Shown here one piece after another: positions 39,996 through 56,139 of a DNA stretch of 64,000 nt. Both the position numbers and the translations under genes were made by a program. Under the pieces are notes generated by a model. It worked only from the letters and a program-made list of their open reading frames with translations, was not told where the DNA came from and searched no databases. The DNA comes from Nitrospinota bacterium (GTDB taxonomy: Bacteria; JADFOP01; DATKYB01). Within the stretch, counting starts at the first letter, position 1; each line of letters opens with the position of its first letter. The stretch is taken from the NCBI GenBank assembly GCA_035528715.1, contig DATKYB010000051.1:50-64049 (forward strand). Direction: 5' to 3'.

Positions 39996-41243
39996 TTGGA
40001 TCCATCCCTTTTATTACGTTTAATTCTCTTAATCTTTTTGCTTTTGTTATCTGCCTTTTTCTCTGGTTCTGAAACAGCCCTTTTTTCAATTAATAAACAT
40101 CAGATAAGAAAGTTTGAGGCAAGCAATAAGCTTTCCTGCCGGTGGGCATACTCTTTATTGAAAAATCCAAAAAATTTAATTATCACCCTATTGATAGGCA
40201 ATGAGTGTGTAAATGTAGCAGTCTCAGTTACAATCACATCAATCATTTTAAGTTTTTACGGAAATGTATATCTGGCTATTATAATCGGATTAACCCTTTT
40301 ATTAATATTTGGTGAAACAGTGCCAAAGACTCTTGGGATAATCTTTCCTGAAAAGTTTTCCCTATTAGTTGCAGGCCCCTTGAAACTTTTTTCTAAATTA
40401 ATCAGACCCTTGAGAAAAGCTCTTGCGAAATTTGTTGATTTGGTGGGGCGCCTATTTGGTTTTCAATCAAAGGATTTGGGTTATGCAATTACAGAGGATG
40501 AGTTTAGAACCCTTGTTGATGTAGGACATGATGAGGGTGTCTTAGAGGTAGAAGAAAAGGAATTGATACATAAGGTATTTGAGTTTGGAGACACAAAGGT
40601 TTCTGAGGTTATGACACCCAGAACAGATATCTTTAGTATTGATATCGAAGAAAAGCCAGAAGAGATATTCTTGAAGTGTAAAGATACCCTTTTTTCTAGG
40701 ATTCCTGTTTATGAGGAGAGCCTTGATAAAATAGTTGGCATACTCTACATAAAAGATCTCTTAACCTTCTATAGGAAAGATGTAAAGGAATTCAAATTGA
40801 AAGAATTTTTACATTCGCCATACTTTATTCCTGAAACAAAAAATGTAAATGAGCTGCTTAAGGAATTTCAGGCAAATAAGATCCACATGGCAATCGTAAT
40901 GGATGAGTATGGAGGGGTTTCTGGACTGGTTACAATGGAGGATTTATTAGAAGAGTTGGTTGGAGAGATAACCGATGAATTTGATAAAGAAGAGAGTCTG
41001 ATAAAGAAAATAGATGGAAATATATATAAGGTGTCTGCAATGATGCCGATTGATGAATTTAATGAAGTAATGAATTGTAAGATCGAAAGCAAAGATTTCG
41101 ATACAATTGGAGGCTATATCTTTCATCTCTTTGGTAAGTTGCCTAAAAAAGGGGATTTAATCAGCTATGATGATTTTGTTTTTAAAGTTGAAAGGATGAA
41201 AGGCACGAGAATATTAGAGCTGAGGGTTGAAAGGAGGAAATGA
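39996..41243 (+). CDS. CNNM/HlyC-family transporter (DUF21 + tandem CBS + CorC_HlyC)
   Basis: N-terminal DUF21 TM domain, CBS pair, and C-terminal transporter-associated domain. Confidence 0.8.
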   Translation: MDPSLLLRLILLIFLLLLSAFFSGSETALFSINKHQIRKFEASNKLSCRWAYSLLKNPKNLIITLLIGNECVNVAVSVTITSIILSFYGNVYLAIIIGLTLLLIFGETVPKTLGIIFPEKFSLLVAGPLKLFSKLIRPLRKALAKFVDLVGRLFGFQSKDLGYAITEDEFRTLVDVGHDEGVLEVEEKELIHKVFEFGDTKVSEVMTPRTDIFSIDIEEKPEEIFLKCKDTLFSRIPVYEESLDKIVGILYIKDLLTFYRKDVKEFKLKEFLHSPYFIPETKNVNELLKEFQANKIHMAIVMDEYGGVSGLVTMEDLLEELVGEITDEFDKEESLIKKIDGNIYKVSAMMPIDEFNEVMNCKIESKDFDTIGGYIFHLFGKLPKKGDLISYDDFVFKVERMKGTRILELRVERRK

Positions 41244-42495
41244 AGTTTTGGATTTTCTCTTAACAATAATCATTATTTTATTGTGCTTGGCAAGCGAGGC
41301 ATTTTTTTCTGGTTCAGAGATTGCAATTGTTTCTTCCGATAAAATCAGATTAAAAAATAAATCAGAAGAGGGATTACGATCTGCTAAGCTTGTAGAAAAA
41401 ATGTTAGAAAAACCGGAATATCTATTAGCTACTACTCTGGTAGGGACAAATTTATCGTTAGTAATCAATACGGTAGTGGCTACATCAACAATGATTTATC
41501 TATTTGGTGCAAAAGGCGAGTTATATTCTCTTATTCTAATGTCTCTTTTAGTTTTAAACTTTGGTGAAATTCTCCCAAAAACCATATTTCAACATTATGC
41601 TGATAAACTCTCTCTTCGAGTCATTTACCCTATAAGATTTATGTCTTATTTGTTCTATCCAGTTATATTTATCCTGACAAGAATAACAAATTTTATCATT
41701 ACATTCACACATGGAAAGATCAGTTCTAAAAATCCTTTTGTTACAAAGGAAGAGTTAGAGCATATTGTTAGAACGGGTGTCAAAAAAGGGAGTGATATAA
41801 AGGGTGAAGAAAAGAAAATGATAAAGAAGATATTTGGCTTTAGTGATACAACAGTAAAGGAGACTATGGTTCCTTTAGTAGATATTGTTGCACTAAGAGA
41901 AACATCTTTAGTGGAAGATGTGGTCAATATAGCTGAGAAATTTGGCTACTCGAGGATTCCTATATATAGCGAAAAAATATATAATATTATTGGTATAATA
42001 AATGTGTATGATGTTTTATTACTGCCAAAAGAGGAGAAAAAGATTTCTAATATTATTCGTCCAGTTTATTATGTTCCTGAATCTAAAAGAATAGACGATC
42101 TGTTAAAAGAATTTCAACGGGAAGGATTGCAGTTAGCTGTTGTCGTCGATGAATATGGGGGAACAATAGGAATTGTTACATTAGAAGACCTATTGGAAGA
42201 GATCGTCGGGGAGATACATGACGAATATGATTCAGAAAAGATTCTTTATGAAAGACTTGCTGATGGAAGTTGTTTAATCGATGCGAGGATGGAGATAGAT
42301 GCCATAAATGAAAGATTAGGTTTTAATCTACCAAAAGGGGATTATGAAACCCTTGGAGGATTTGTTATTGATTACCTCCAGAGGATTCCTAAGATAGGTC
42401 GCATTATTAAATATGAAGATTTATCGTTAAAGATTGAAGATGCAAGTGATAGGAGAGTAAAGAGTATCAAGATCAGCAGAAATAAAGAGGGATAA
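41227..42495 (+). CDS. CNNM/HlyC-family transporter, tandem paralog
   Basis: Same architecture as the preceding gene. Overlaps it by 17 nt. Confidence 0.8.
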   Translation: MKGGNEVLDFLLTIIIILLCLASEAFFSGSEIAIVSSDKIRLKNKSEEGLRSAKLVEKMLEKPEYLLATTLVGTNLSLVINTVVATSTMIYLFGAKGELYSLILMSLLVLNFGEILPKTIFQHYADKLSLRVIYPIRFMSYLFYPVIFILTRITNFIITFTHGKISSKNPFVTKEELEHIVRTGVKKGSDIKGEEKKMIKKIFGFSDTTVKETMVPLVDIVALRETSLVEDVVNIAEKFGYSRIPIYSEKIYNIIGIINVYDVLLLPKEEKKISNIIRPVYYVPESKRIDDLLKEFQREGLQLAVVVDEYGGTIGIVTLEDLLEEIVGEIHDEYDSEKILYERLADGSCLIDARMEIDAINERLGFNLPKGDYETLGGFVIDYLQRIPKIGRIIKYEDLSLKIEDASDRRVKSIKISRNKEG

Positions 42496-42530
42496 CGAAA
42501 GTTTTTTACATTAAGATTTGGAGATTATTC

Positions 42531-43757
42531 GTGAATCTTAAAGAACAGTTAAGAATAATAGAAAAAGGCACGGTTGAGATTATTAATAAAGAGGAGCTGA
42601 TTAAAAAGGCAAAAGAATCGCAAGAATCAAAGAGGCCTTTAAATATCAAGGCGGGATTTGATCCAACTTCTCCGGATATTCATTTAGGTCATACACTCCT
42701 CTTAAGTAAGCTAAAGCAATTTCAACAATTAGGGCACAATGTAATTTTTTTAATTGGAGATTTTACAGCCATGATTGGAGACCCAAGTGGCAAGAATGAG
42801 ACAAGGCCGGTATTAACAAAAGATGAAATTATAAAAAACTCAAAAACATATCAAAATCAGATATTTAAGATCCTAGACCCCCAAGAGACAAAAATTGTCT
42901 ATAATAGTGATTGGATGGAGGAAATGAGTGCAGAGTTCCTCATAAAATTATGTGCTACTTATACGGTTGCAAGAATGTTAGAGAGGGATGATTTCTTGAA
43001 AAGATATAAAGAACAAAGGCCGATAACTATTCATGAGTTTCTCTACCCTCTAATCCAAGGATATGATTCAGTAAAATTAAAAGCAGATATAGAAATAGGT
43101 GGAACAGACCAAAAATTTAATCTGTTGGTTGCCAGAGAAATACAAAGAACATATGGATTAGAGCCTCAGGTCATCATTACGTTGCCTATTTTAGTAGGAA
43201 TTGATGGAAAACAAAAAATGAGTAAAAGTCTTGGAAATTATATAGGTATTGATGAATCTCCCAAAGAAATATTTGGGAAGATTATGTCCATAAATGATCA
43301 ATTGATGATGACATATTATGAGACAATAAGTGAATTAACCGATGATGAAATAGAAAAAATAAGAAAAGATATAGAAAAAAACAGATTAAATCCAAAACAA
43401 GCAAAGATAAAGTTAGCAAAAGAAATTGTAGAAAGGTTTTACAATAAAGAATTGGCTGAGAAAGCCGAGGAAGAATTTAATAAGATTTTTACTCAAAAGG
43501 ATTTTCCTGAAAATGCCCCAAAAACAACTTGGCCATATCAAGAGGAGGAAAAAAAGCTTACTATCATTTTGAAAGAAAATGACTATGTTGATGTAGGGAG
43601 CAGCTCTGAAGCCGTACGCCTTATAAAACAAGGGGCTATTACAGTAAATGAGCAAAAAATCAGTGATATAGATTATAAATTAAATAGTAATGAAGAATAT
43701 CGAATAAAGGTTGGTAAAAGGCAGTTTCTTAAGATATTTCCAAGGAAGTATAAATAA
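42531..43757 (+). CDS. tyrS: Tyrosine--tRNA ligase
   Basis: HIGH-type motif (DIHLGH), KMSKS, and C-terminal S4 domain. Confidence 0.9.
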   Translation: MNLKEQLRIIEKGTVEIINKEELIKKAKESQESKRPLNIKAGFDPTSPDIHLGHTLLLSKLKQFQQLGHNVIFLIGDFTAMIGDPSGKNETRPVLTKDEIIKNSKTYQNQIFKILDPQETKIVYNSDWMEEMSAEFLIKLCATYTVARMLERDDFLKRYKEQRPITIHEFLYPLIQGYDSVKLKADIEIGGTDQKFNLLVAREIQRTYGLEPQVIITLPILVGIDGKQKMSKSLGNYIGIDESPKEIFGKIMSINDQLMMTYYETISELTDDEIEKIRKDIEKNRLNPKQAKIKLAKEIVERFYNKELAEKAEEEFNKIFTQKDFPENAPKTTWPYQEEEKKLTIILKENDYVDVGSSSEAVRLIKQGAITVNEQKISDIDYKLNSNEEYRIKVGKRQFLKIFPRKYK

Positions 43758-43796
43758 CAGATAATTTAAGATAAGTTATTATAATACTTTGACATA

Positions 43797-43825
43797 TTGA
43801 CAAGGAGAGTAAAAGTTATTATATT
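43797..43825 (+). promoter_or_regulatory. rRNA operon promoter P1 (TTGACA-N17-TATATT)
   Basis: Consensus -35 at 43797-43802 and -10 at 43820-43825, ~170 nt upstream of the 16S. Confidence 0.55.
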
Positions 43826-43871
43826 TTAAAGACAGATTCTCATTCATTCTGCTGTATAATTGATATTTTTC

Positions 43872-43900
43872 TTGACAAACTTGAGAGGTAAAGTTAATAT
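43872..43900 (+). promoter_or_regulatory. rRNA operon promoter P2 (TTGACA-N17-TAATAT)
   Basis: Consensus -35 at 43872-43877 and -10 at 43895-43900. Confidence 0.55.
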
Positions 43901-43994
43901 AATTATCTTTCTTAAATTATTGTTCTTTGAAAGCTTAATAAGAGATGCATTGCCAATTTGTGGGTTCAAACAATTCCATTTAAATTTAATCTAA

Positions 43995-45557
<1,563 letters not shown>

Positions 45558-45720
45558 AGGAGAAAACGATGAGAAAGAAAGATTGAAATCTTTCTTATCT
45601 GATTGTTCTTCTAGATCGATAACTCATAATGAAGTAATGCATCTCTTATTGTTTAAAAAGTAATATATAGCAATTTTTTTTAGGGCATAGGCCTTAATTT
45701 AACAACCTATAGAATTAGTA

Positions 45721-45797
<77 letters not shown>

Positions 45798-45836
45798 TTA
45801 TTTTTGCTATTTAATATCAAGATTATTAGATATCTG

Positions 45837-45911
<75 letters not shown>

Positions 45912-46061
45912 ATTTTAGCCAGTAATCAGTATCCAGGAACCTAAAAAATGGTTACTGGATACTGAGTATTGACTAAAAGGAATTGTTATTGTTCTTTGAA
46001 AATTGAATAGATTTGGGTAATCAAAAGCATCTTAATGTAGCTTACATTTAAAAAAAATTAT

Positions 46062-49118
<3,057 letters not shown>

Positions 49119-49163
49119 AATATAAAATATTCTTTTAGATCCAAATTTTAGAAATTATATTTT

Positions 49164-49278
<115 letters not shown>

Positions 49279-49282
49279 ATAA

Positions 49283-49313
49283 AAAAACCTGCAATATCTT
49301 GCAGGTTTTTTTT
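49283..49313 (+). terminator. Rho-independent terminator of rRNA operon
   Basis: ACCTGCAA-tatc-TTGCAGGT stem followed by TTTTTTTT. Confidence 0.8.
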
Positions 49314-49427
49314 ATAATTTTGTTAAGAATCTTAAAAAAGCTTTTTTCTTTACTTTATTTTTTAAATTTGCTAAAAAGGTTTTATGAATAGTATTAATTT
49401 TCTTATTTTTTAAGAGGTGAAGTATTT

Positions 49428-50177
49428 ATGTCTGGCCATTCAAAATGGGCAAGTATTAAGCATAAAAAAGCTGCTATGGATGCTAAAAAAGGAAAGATAT
49501 TTACGAAATTGATTAAGGAGATTACTGCTGCTGCAAGAATAGGAGGAGGGCATCCTGATGGAAATCCTCGTTTGAGGACAGCAATCCAGGCTGCAAAGGA
49601 TGCAAATATGCCAAATGATAACATTAAAAAGGCGATACAAAAAGGAACAGGAGAATTGCCAGGAACTTATTATGAAGAGGTGAGTTATGAAGGATATGGA
49701 ATAGGAGGGGTAGCTGTTCTGGTTAATGTGCTTACTGATAATAAAAATAGGACTGTTTCAGAAATAAGATATATATTTTCTAAAAATGGAGGGAGTCTGG
49801 GTGAAACAGGTTGTGTATCATGGATGTTTTCGAAAAAAGGTCTGATAATGATTGAAGAAGATAAGGTAAATGAAGATGAATTAATAGATATTGTTTTGAA
49901 TGAGGGCGCAGAAGATGTAAAGAGATCAGAAGGCCAGTATGAAATAACCATGACTCCAGAGAGCTTCGAGAATATTGAGAATTGCTTAAAACAAAATAAT
50001 ATTGAAATATCTTTTGCAGAAATTACTATGGTGCCTCAAAGTACGGTAAGATTGGAGAGGAAAGAAGCCCAGCAAATGCTGAAATTGATGGAAGGCCTTG
50101 AAGATCACGATGATGTGCAACAAGTATATGCCAATTTTGATATACCAAAAGAGGTTATGGAGACAATAGAAGTATAG
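49428..50177 (+). CDS. yebC: YebC/PmpR-family transcriptional regulator
   Basis: [32 protein letters not shown]. Confidence 0.9.
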   Translation: MSGHSKWASIKHKKAAMDAKKGKIFTKLIKEITAAARIGGGHPDGNPRLRTAIQAAKDANMPNDNIKKAIQKGTGELPGTYYEEVSYEGYGIGGVAVLVNVLTDNKNRTVSEIRYIFSKNGGSLGETGCVSWMFSKKGLIMIEEDKVNEDELIDIVLNEGAEDVKRSEGQYEITMTPESFENIENCLKQNNIEISFAEITMVPQSTVRLERKEAQQMLKLMEGLEDHDDVQQVYANFDIPKEVMETIEV

Positions 50178-50198
50178 TTTATTTGAAAAGGATTTTAA

Positions 50199-50690
50199 AT
50201 GCTTGTTCTAGGAGTCGATCCTGGGATGAAGACAGGATATGGTGTCGTAGAAGAGAAGGATAAAAAATTAAGAGCCCTTAAATGGGGTGTTATTTCTCCA
50301 TCTTCTCATTTATCTTTTCCTAAACGTTTAAAGTCTATAAAAGATGAGTTAGAAGAAATAATATCAAGTTATAAGACTGATACTGTAGCTGTAGAGGATT
50401 TGTTTTATTCAAAGAATGTTAAAACAGCACTTAAATTAGGTCACATCCGTGGAGTAGCAATACTAGCAGCAGCATGTATGGATATCGATGTGGTAGAATA
50501 TACTCCTCTGGAGATAAAGAAATCAATTGTTGGATATGGAAGGGCGGATAAGGAGCAGGTTAAGAGTATGATATTGAGATTATTAAATTTAAAAAATGAT
50601 TCAGTTCTTGAAGATGCAGCTGATGCTCTAGCAATAGCAATATGTCATATTCATACCTCGACTTTTAATAGATATTTGAAGAATTCTTAA
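50199..50690 (+). CDS. ruvC: Holliday junction resolvase RuvC
   Basis: LGVDPG...GYG and catalytic DAADALAIA motif. Confidence 0.9.
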   Translation: MLVLGVDPGMKTGYGVVEEKDKKLRALKWGVISPSSHLSFPKRLKSIKDELEEIISSYKTDTVAVEDLFYSKNVKTALKLGHIRGVAILAAACMDIDVVEYTPLEIKKSIVGYGRADKEQVKSMILRLLNLKNDSVLEDAADALAIAICHIHTSTFNRYLKNS

Positions 50691-50729
50691 CTTTTTCTAA
50701 TATTGTCTTTATCATATTTGAAATAATAA

Positions 50730-51332
50730 ATGATAGCTAAAATCTCAGGAGTATTGTCATACAAATCCATCGAGTATATTATTATCGATGTCAATGGTAT
50801 CGGTTATAAGATTTTTGTTCCCTATTCAACTTACTATAATCTTCCAGACAAAAATTTACATCTAAGTCTCAATATATATACCCATGTTAAAGATGATGGA
50901 ATATCTCTTTATGGTTTCCTTACTACTCAAGAGAAAAGTTTGTTCGAATCTCTTATAGGAATATCAAAAATAGGTCCAAAACTGGCTACAAATATTTTAT
51001 CAGGATCATCTGTAGAAGAATTATATAGGGCTATATTAAGAAATGATATTGCACGGATAAGTTCTATACCAGGGGTTGGTCGAAAGACAGCGGAAAGAAT
51101 TACTTTAGAGCTTAAAGATAGAATCTCTCATGATTTTGGTAAGAAAGAAGACATAACACAAGAGGATAAAGATTTTGATCAAAAGCTTTTAGATTGTATT
51201 TCAGCACTTATTAATTTAGGTTATAATAAAAAAATAGCTCTGGAAGCTATAAAAAAAATCAGACAAAATTTACGAGAAGATGCAACATTTGAAGAAATTC
51301 TAAAAAGCTCTCTAAAATCCTTAGCGAGGTAG
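50730..51332 (+). CDS. ruvA: Holliday junction branch migration protein RuvA
   Basis: MIAKISG...GIGYKI and HhH motifs [12 protein letters not shown]. Confidence 0.9.
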   Translation: MIAKISGVLSYKSIEYIIIDVNGIGYKIFVPYSTYYNLPDKNLHLSLNIYTHVKDDGISLYGFLTTQEKSLFESLIGISKIGPKLATNILSGSSVEELYRAILRNDIARISSIPGVGRKTAERITLELKDRISHDFGKKEDITQEDKDFDQKLLDCISALINLGYNKKIALEAIKKIRQNLREDATFEEILKSSLKSLAR

Positions 51333-51333
51333 G

Positions 51334-52389
51334 ATGAAAAAATCAGATAAAAAATTAGATACAGAAAAGGATAGTTTGGTTATCAGTAAAGAAGATAGAA
51401 GCCTTGATCTAAGGCTTCGACCAAGAACGTTTGATGAATATATTGGTCAAGAGAAGATTAAGGAAAGTTTAAAAATTTTTATTCAGGCTGCTAGGGAAAG
51501 GTCTGAATCTTTGGACCATGTTCTTTTGTATGGTCCCCCTGGATTAGGAAAAACAACCTTAGCCCATATTATTTCTTTTGAGATGAAAGTGAATATAAGA
51601 AGTACATCTGGACCATTGATTGATAGAACAGGTGATTTAGCAGCAATACTGACGAATTTGGCTGACCATGACATATTGTTTATTGATGAGATCCATAGAT
51701 TACCTCATATTATCGAAGAAATGCTCTATTCTGCCATGGAAGATTTTAAGTTAGATATAATAATCGGACAGGGGCCAAGTGCGAAAACAGTAAAATTAGA
51801 TTTACCAAGATTCACCCTTATTGGAGCCACAACAAGGGCTGGTCTTTTAACATCTCCCTTAAGAGATAGATTTGGGGTGATTCACAGGATAGAATATTAT
51901 AACAAGGAGGAATTACTCTTAGTTGTTAAGAGGTCTGCAGATATACTTGGTATTCAAATAGACCATGAAGGCGCAAGTGAAATAGCAAAACGCGCAAGAG
52001 GTACACCAAGGGTAGCAAATAGAATTTTAAAAAGGGTTAGAGATTTCGCACAGGTTAAGGAAGACGGCAAGATTTCTAAAGAGGTAGCGAAGAGAGCATT
52101 GCAAATGTTAGAGGTAGATGAGTCAGGGTTGGACAAGATGGATAGAAAATTGTTATTGACCATAATAGAAAAATTTAATGGGGGTCCGGTTGGTATAGAG
52201 ACTTTAGCAACAGCATTGAATGAAGAAAAGGATACTATTGAAGATATATATGAACCCTTTCTCATTCAATGTGGGTATATGTGTAGGACACAGAGGGGAA
52301 GAGTAACTACTCCACTGGCCTATAAGCATCTTGGAATCTGTTCTCAAGAGGATAATTCTATCAACAATTTACAGGAAAAATTGTTATAG
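51334..52389 (+). CDS. ruvB: Holliday junction branch migration helicase RuvB
   Basis: [12 protein letters not shown], Walker [18 protein letters not shown]. Confidence 0.95.
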   Translation: MKKSDKKLDTEKDSLVISKEDRSLDLRLRPRTFDEYIGQEKIKESLKIFIQAARERSESLDHVLLYGPPGLGKTTLAHIISFEMKVNIRSTSGPLIDRTGDLAAILTNLADHDILFIDEIHRLPHIIEEMLYSAMEDFKLDIIIGQGPSAKTVKLDLPRFTLIGATTRAGLLTSPLRDRFGVIHRIEYYNKEELLLVVKRSADILGIQIDHEGASEIAKRARGTPRVANRILKRVRDFAQVKEDGKISKEVAKRALQMLEVDESGLDKMDRKLLLTIIEKFNGGPVGIETLATALNEEKDTIEDIYEPFLIQCGYMCRTQRGRVTTPLAYKHLGICSQEDNSINNLQEKLL

Positions 52390-52404
52390 ATATAATCTTA
52401 AAAA

Positions 52405-52623
52405 GTGAGTTATTTCGGTAAAATATTAATTTTATTAGGTTTTCTTTTCATCATCATTGGAATTATTTTAGCTTTTATTGGCAGAACTCCTTTTATTGGC
52501 AAACTTCCTGGTGATATATATCTCCAAAGAAAAAATTTTACTATTTATTTTCCTTTAACCACTTCAATCCTAATCAGTATTATTTTAACCCTCCTCTTTT
52601 CAATCTTTTTTAGAGGTAAATGA
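52405..52623 (+). CDS. Small membrane protein (DUF2905-like)
   Basis: 72 aa, two hydrophobic helices. Confidence 0.5.
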   Translation: MSYFGKILILLGFLFIIIGIILAFIGRTPFIGKLPGDIYLQRKNFTIYFPLTTSILISIILTLLFSIFFRGK

Positions 52624-52657
52624 CTAATTTAGTTTTTTCGTTAAATTATCTTTATCA

Positions 52658-53710
52658 ATGAAAGTATCTGAATTCGATTATATTCTTCCTAAAAGCCGTA
52701 TTGCCCAGTTCCCAATAAAAGAAAGGGAAAAATCACGGCTTATGGTATTAGATAGGAGAAAAAAAGCTATTGAACATACATTATTTTTCAGAATTATAGA
52801 TTATCTGAAAGAGACAGATATCATCGTTTTGAATAATACAAAGGTCATACCTGCCAGACTTCTTGGTAAAAAGGAAAATACAGGAGGGAGAATTGAAGTC
52901 TTATTGATTAATAAGAGATCAAAAGATATTTGGGAGGTTTTGATAAAACCCCTTGCGAGGGTTTCAGAGGGGACAAGAATCATATTTGGGAAGGGGGAAT
53001 TAGTAGGAAAGATCATTGAAAAGAAACCTGATAGAGGTGTAATACTGTTTGAATATGATAAAGATTTCTATAAAACTCTATCTAAATATGGTTTTGTTCC
53101 TCTTCCCCCTTATATCAAGAGAAATTATGGTGAATCAGGCTATACTCCTTTTTATGCTTTAGACAAAAGAGCTTATCAGACAGTTTTCGCAAATCAAAAA
53201 GGATCAGTGGCAGCGCCTACAGCAGGTTTACACTTTACCAAAAGACTTCTTAACAATATAAGAGAGAGGGGAATTGAAATCATAACCATTACATTACATA
53301 TCGGTTATGGGACATTTGAACCTATTAGAGTTATAAAGGTTGAGGATCATAGGATGGATAAAGAATTTTATAATATAGATGAGTTTGCAAAATCAAGGAT
53401 TAATAGGGCTAGTAGAAATGGTAAAAGAGTAATTGCAGTTGGCACGACTAGTTTGAGGGTTTTGGAAACATCGGTTAATTCGGAGGGGGGGGTAATTAAA
53501 CCATCAGGTTATACGGATCTCTTTATTTATCCAGGGTATAGGTTTAAACTCGTCAATGCCCTCCTGACGAATTTTCATCTACCTAGATCAACCCTTTTGA
53601 TGCTCGTTTGTGCCTTTGGTGGAAAAGATTTTATATTACGGGCTTATAAAGAGGCAATAAAAAAAGAATACAGATTCTACAGCTATGGAGATGCTATGTT
53701 ATTACTCTAA
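52658..53710 (+). CDS. queA: S-adenosylmethionine:tRNA ribosyltransferase-isomerase
   Basis: MKVSEFDY.LP...IAQ.P, VAAPTAGLHFT, GTTSLR.LE motifs. Confidence 0.9.
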   Translation: MKVSEFDYILPKSRIAQFPIKEREKSRLMVLDRRKKAIEHTLFFRIIDYLKETDIIVLNNTKVIPARLLGKKENTGGRIEVLLINKRSKDIWEVLIKPLARVSEGTRIIFGKGELVGKIIEKKPDRGVILFEYDKDFYKTLSKYGFVPLPPYIKRNYGESGYTPFYALDKRAYQTVFANQKGSVAAPTAGLHFTKRLLNNIRERGIEIITITLHIGYGTFEPIRVIKVEDHRMDKEFYNIDEFAKSRINRASRNGKRVIAVGTTSLRVLETSVNSEGGVIKPSGYTDLFIYPGYRFKLVNALLTNFHLPRSTLLMLVCAFGGKDFILRAYKEAIKKEYRFYSYGDAMLLL

Positions 53711-53724
53711 AATTAAAAGATTTT

Positions 53725-54006
53725 TTATGGATTGCTATTGACAGCTTCTTTAAAGTGTTTCCCGTATTTAAATCTTACTACCTTTCGTGCCGGAATTCCT
53801 GCCTCTTGACCTGTCTTTGGATTTCGTCCGACCCTTTCCCTTTTTTGTCTCACCTGAAAGGAACCGAATCTTCTTAGGATAATAGGTTCTCCATTCTTTA
53901 AAGTCTTTTTCATTAAATCGAGAACCAATTCTACAGCCTCTTCAGCCTTAACCTTTGATAATCTAGTCTGTTCCGCTACTTTGTTTATTACATCTATCTT
54001 TGTCAT
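53725..54006 (-). CDS. hup: DNA-binding protein HU
   Basis: 93 aa. MTK.D.I..VAE...LSK..A..AV, RRFGSF and GRNPKTG arm. Confidence 0.9.
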   Translation of the reverse strand: MTKIDVINKVAEQTRLSKVKAEEAVELVLDLMKKTLKNGEPIILRRFGSFQVRQKRERVGRNPKTGQEAGIPARKVVRFKYGKHFKEAVNSNP

Positions 54007-54333
54007 AGCAATCTCCCCTTTAATAATGAATAATAGATGTTTTTAAAAAAGATTACTAATGATCTTTTTTTTAAGATAAGAAATAAATAACATATTTGTC
54101 AAGTAAAATCAAATATTTTTTTAAATTTAATGATTTCTCTCAGTGGGTATTTTTAAGTGAAAAATTCTAAATTTTTTAAAATTTATGAAATTTTTCTCTA
54201 TCATTAAAATAAAAAGCTAACAACTAAATTGAGAAGATAAAAATAAGAGAAGCAAAAGGGGAAATTTAAAAAAGTTTTTTAAAAGGAGACGCTAAGAGTA
54301 AGAAAACTTAATAGAGAGATGGATTCTATATTC

Positions 54334-56139
54334 TTAGGGTTCTGAAAGCTTCTTTATCGAGTTTTTCAAGCTATCCAGCGATTCTCTTTTTATACTATAA
54401 ACAATATTCTTAGACTTAACTTTAGCAAGTGCAAAATGATCTTGAGAAATATCTTTATAAAAAAACATTGTGTCTAGTTCTTTTCCTTTTTTCTGTAACA
54501 ATGTGATCTTTAATTCAAAATTTCCCAGTTTAAGAAGAGAGGGGTCTTTAATATGTTGAATGTCAAGAAATTTAATGTCGTTTAAACCCCATAATATTTC
54601 TTTTACATTGATCTCATTAATCTTTTTTCTTTTCCTATCAGAAATTTTAAGCTCCCATTTCCCTTTTTTCTTTTTCAAAGATATATTCTTTGTTTCTAAG
54701 TTAATAGAAATTTCTTCTAATTCCTCGTCTTTAAATACTATAAGCCTTCTGTCTCTAAGATGAAACAGTGATTTAAAAATTTTATCCACAATATTTGATT
54801 CAAGCATGAATACAGAGTCTTTATTTTTAAGCTTTGAGTATATTTCCTTTTTAGGGGTGTTTGAGCCAAACAATAGCACCCCTGGTTTCTTTTCCCCTTT
54901 TTGCCATAATTTCAGTTCTCTTAGCGGTTCATCTAATCCAAAAGGGCTTAGAGTTTTTGGATGATCATCTATAAAATCTTTTATCATGCTGTTTTCCAAT
55001 GTCCACAAGATATTATTAATTTCTAATTCATCTGCTTTTGTTTCAATAGGTTGGATGATATTCCAGATATCATTCTCTTTTTTAAGGACAATAGGTTTTT
55101 CTTTATCTTGTTTAAATTCTACTTTTAAAACATCTTCTTTATTAAAGACCAGGATTGTCTTATCTCTCAAATCATTTGCTACTTTTGGGAGGTTTTTTAT
55201 CAAGTCTTTTTCAATCAGAAATACAGTTGGCATATCCTCTCTTTTGGCAAAGAATTGTTTTTTAACATTATCTTCATTACCAATGAGAAGTGATCGAGTT
55301 TTTTCTTTATCTCCAAGCCAAAAAACTATTTTAGAATTAGGTTTGTCCAGTCCATAAGAAGAGAGAGTTTTTGGTTCATCAATAAATTCTTTGACCGCGG
55401 CATTTTTAAATTTTACTAATAGATTTTCTATCTTATTTTTATCTCCTTTTGTTTCTAAAGGTTTTTTGATATTCCAATTATCCACAGACTCTTTTTCAAC
55501 AGTAAACTTTTTAGAATTTTTAGAGATAAAATCGATTTTATTTATCTCATTTATATCTATATCAACAAGGGACTTGTCTCTAAGATTATAACTTCCCTTA
55601 TCAATGATTTTTTCAATGGAGATATCGGTAAGAAAAACCTCGGGATTGTCCGTAGTCTTTACGTAGATAAATTCATTGGTGGGGTTATTATTTCCAAATA
55701 AGATACCTTTAAGGGTTGGGTTATCTTTTAACTTTATAAGGATTTCTATTTTTGGATCTTTAAGACCGAAGAGAGATAGATCTGATGGATTTTCTTCTAT
55801 TGTCCTCTCTTTCTCAGCATTCAGTAATGTTTCAATAATCGTATTGATTTCTTTTAAATCAGCCTTATATTGAACAGGGCTTTCTAATTCCCAGTCAGAC
55901 CCTTTTTTTTTAAGAATAATCTTTTCTTTTGCTCTTTTTAAATTAATTTTTTCTATGTTTTCTGTAGAGAAGAGAAAAACCTTTCTCGCCTGTTCCTCTT
56001 TTATTTGTTTTTCTTTTTCTCCTTTGAATTCATAAAGATAAAAATAACTTCCTATTATTATTAATAAAAGGCCTAAGAGCAAAGTCTTTTTGAAACTCAT
56101 TTCATTTCTTTCTCCTTTTTTGGAATACAACAGCTCCAA
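54334..56139 (-). CDS. DUF4340-family protein (distal gene of ABC-2 GldG-type operon)
   Basis: N-terminal TM anchor and repeated beta-rich modules. Overlaps the upstream GldG-like gene. Confidence 0.5.
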   Translation of the reverse strand: MELLYSKKGERNEMSFKKTLLLGLLLIIIGSYFYLYEFKGEKEKQIKEEQARKVFLFSTENIEKINLKRAKEKIILKKKGSDWELESPVQYKADLKEINTIIETLLNAEKERTIEENPSDLSLFGLKDPKIEILIKLKDNPTLKGILFGNNNPTNEFIYVKTTDNPEVFLTDISIEKIIDKGSYNLRDKSLVDIDINEINKIDFISKNSKKFTVEKESVDNWNIKKPLETKGDKNKIENLLVKFKNAAVKEFIDEPKTLSSYGLDKPNSKIVFWLGDKEKTRSLLIGNEDNVKKQFFAKREDMPTVFLIEKDLIKNLPKVANDLRDKTILVFNKEDVLKVEFKQDKEKPIVLKKENDIWNIIQPIETKADELEINNILWTLENSMIKDFIDDHPKTLSPFGLDEPLRELKLWQKGEKKPGVLLFGSNTPKKEIYSKLKNKDSVFMLESNIVDKIFKSLFHLRDRRLIVFKDEELEEISINLETKNISLKKKKGKWELKISDRKRKKINEINVKEILWGLNDIKFLDIQHIKDPSLLKLGNFELKITLLQKKGKELDTMFFYKDISQDHFALAKVKSKNIVYSIKRESLDSLKNSIKKLSEP

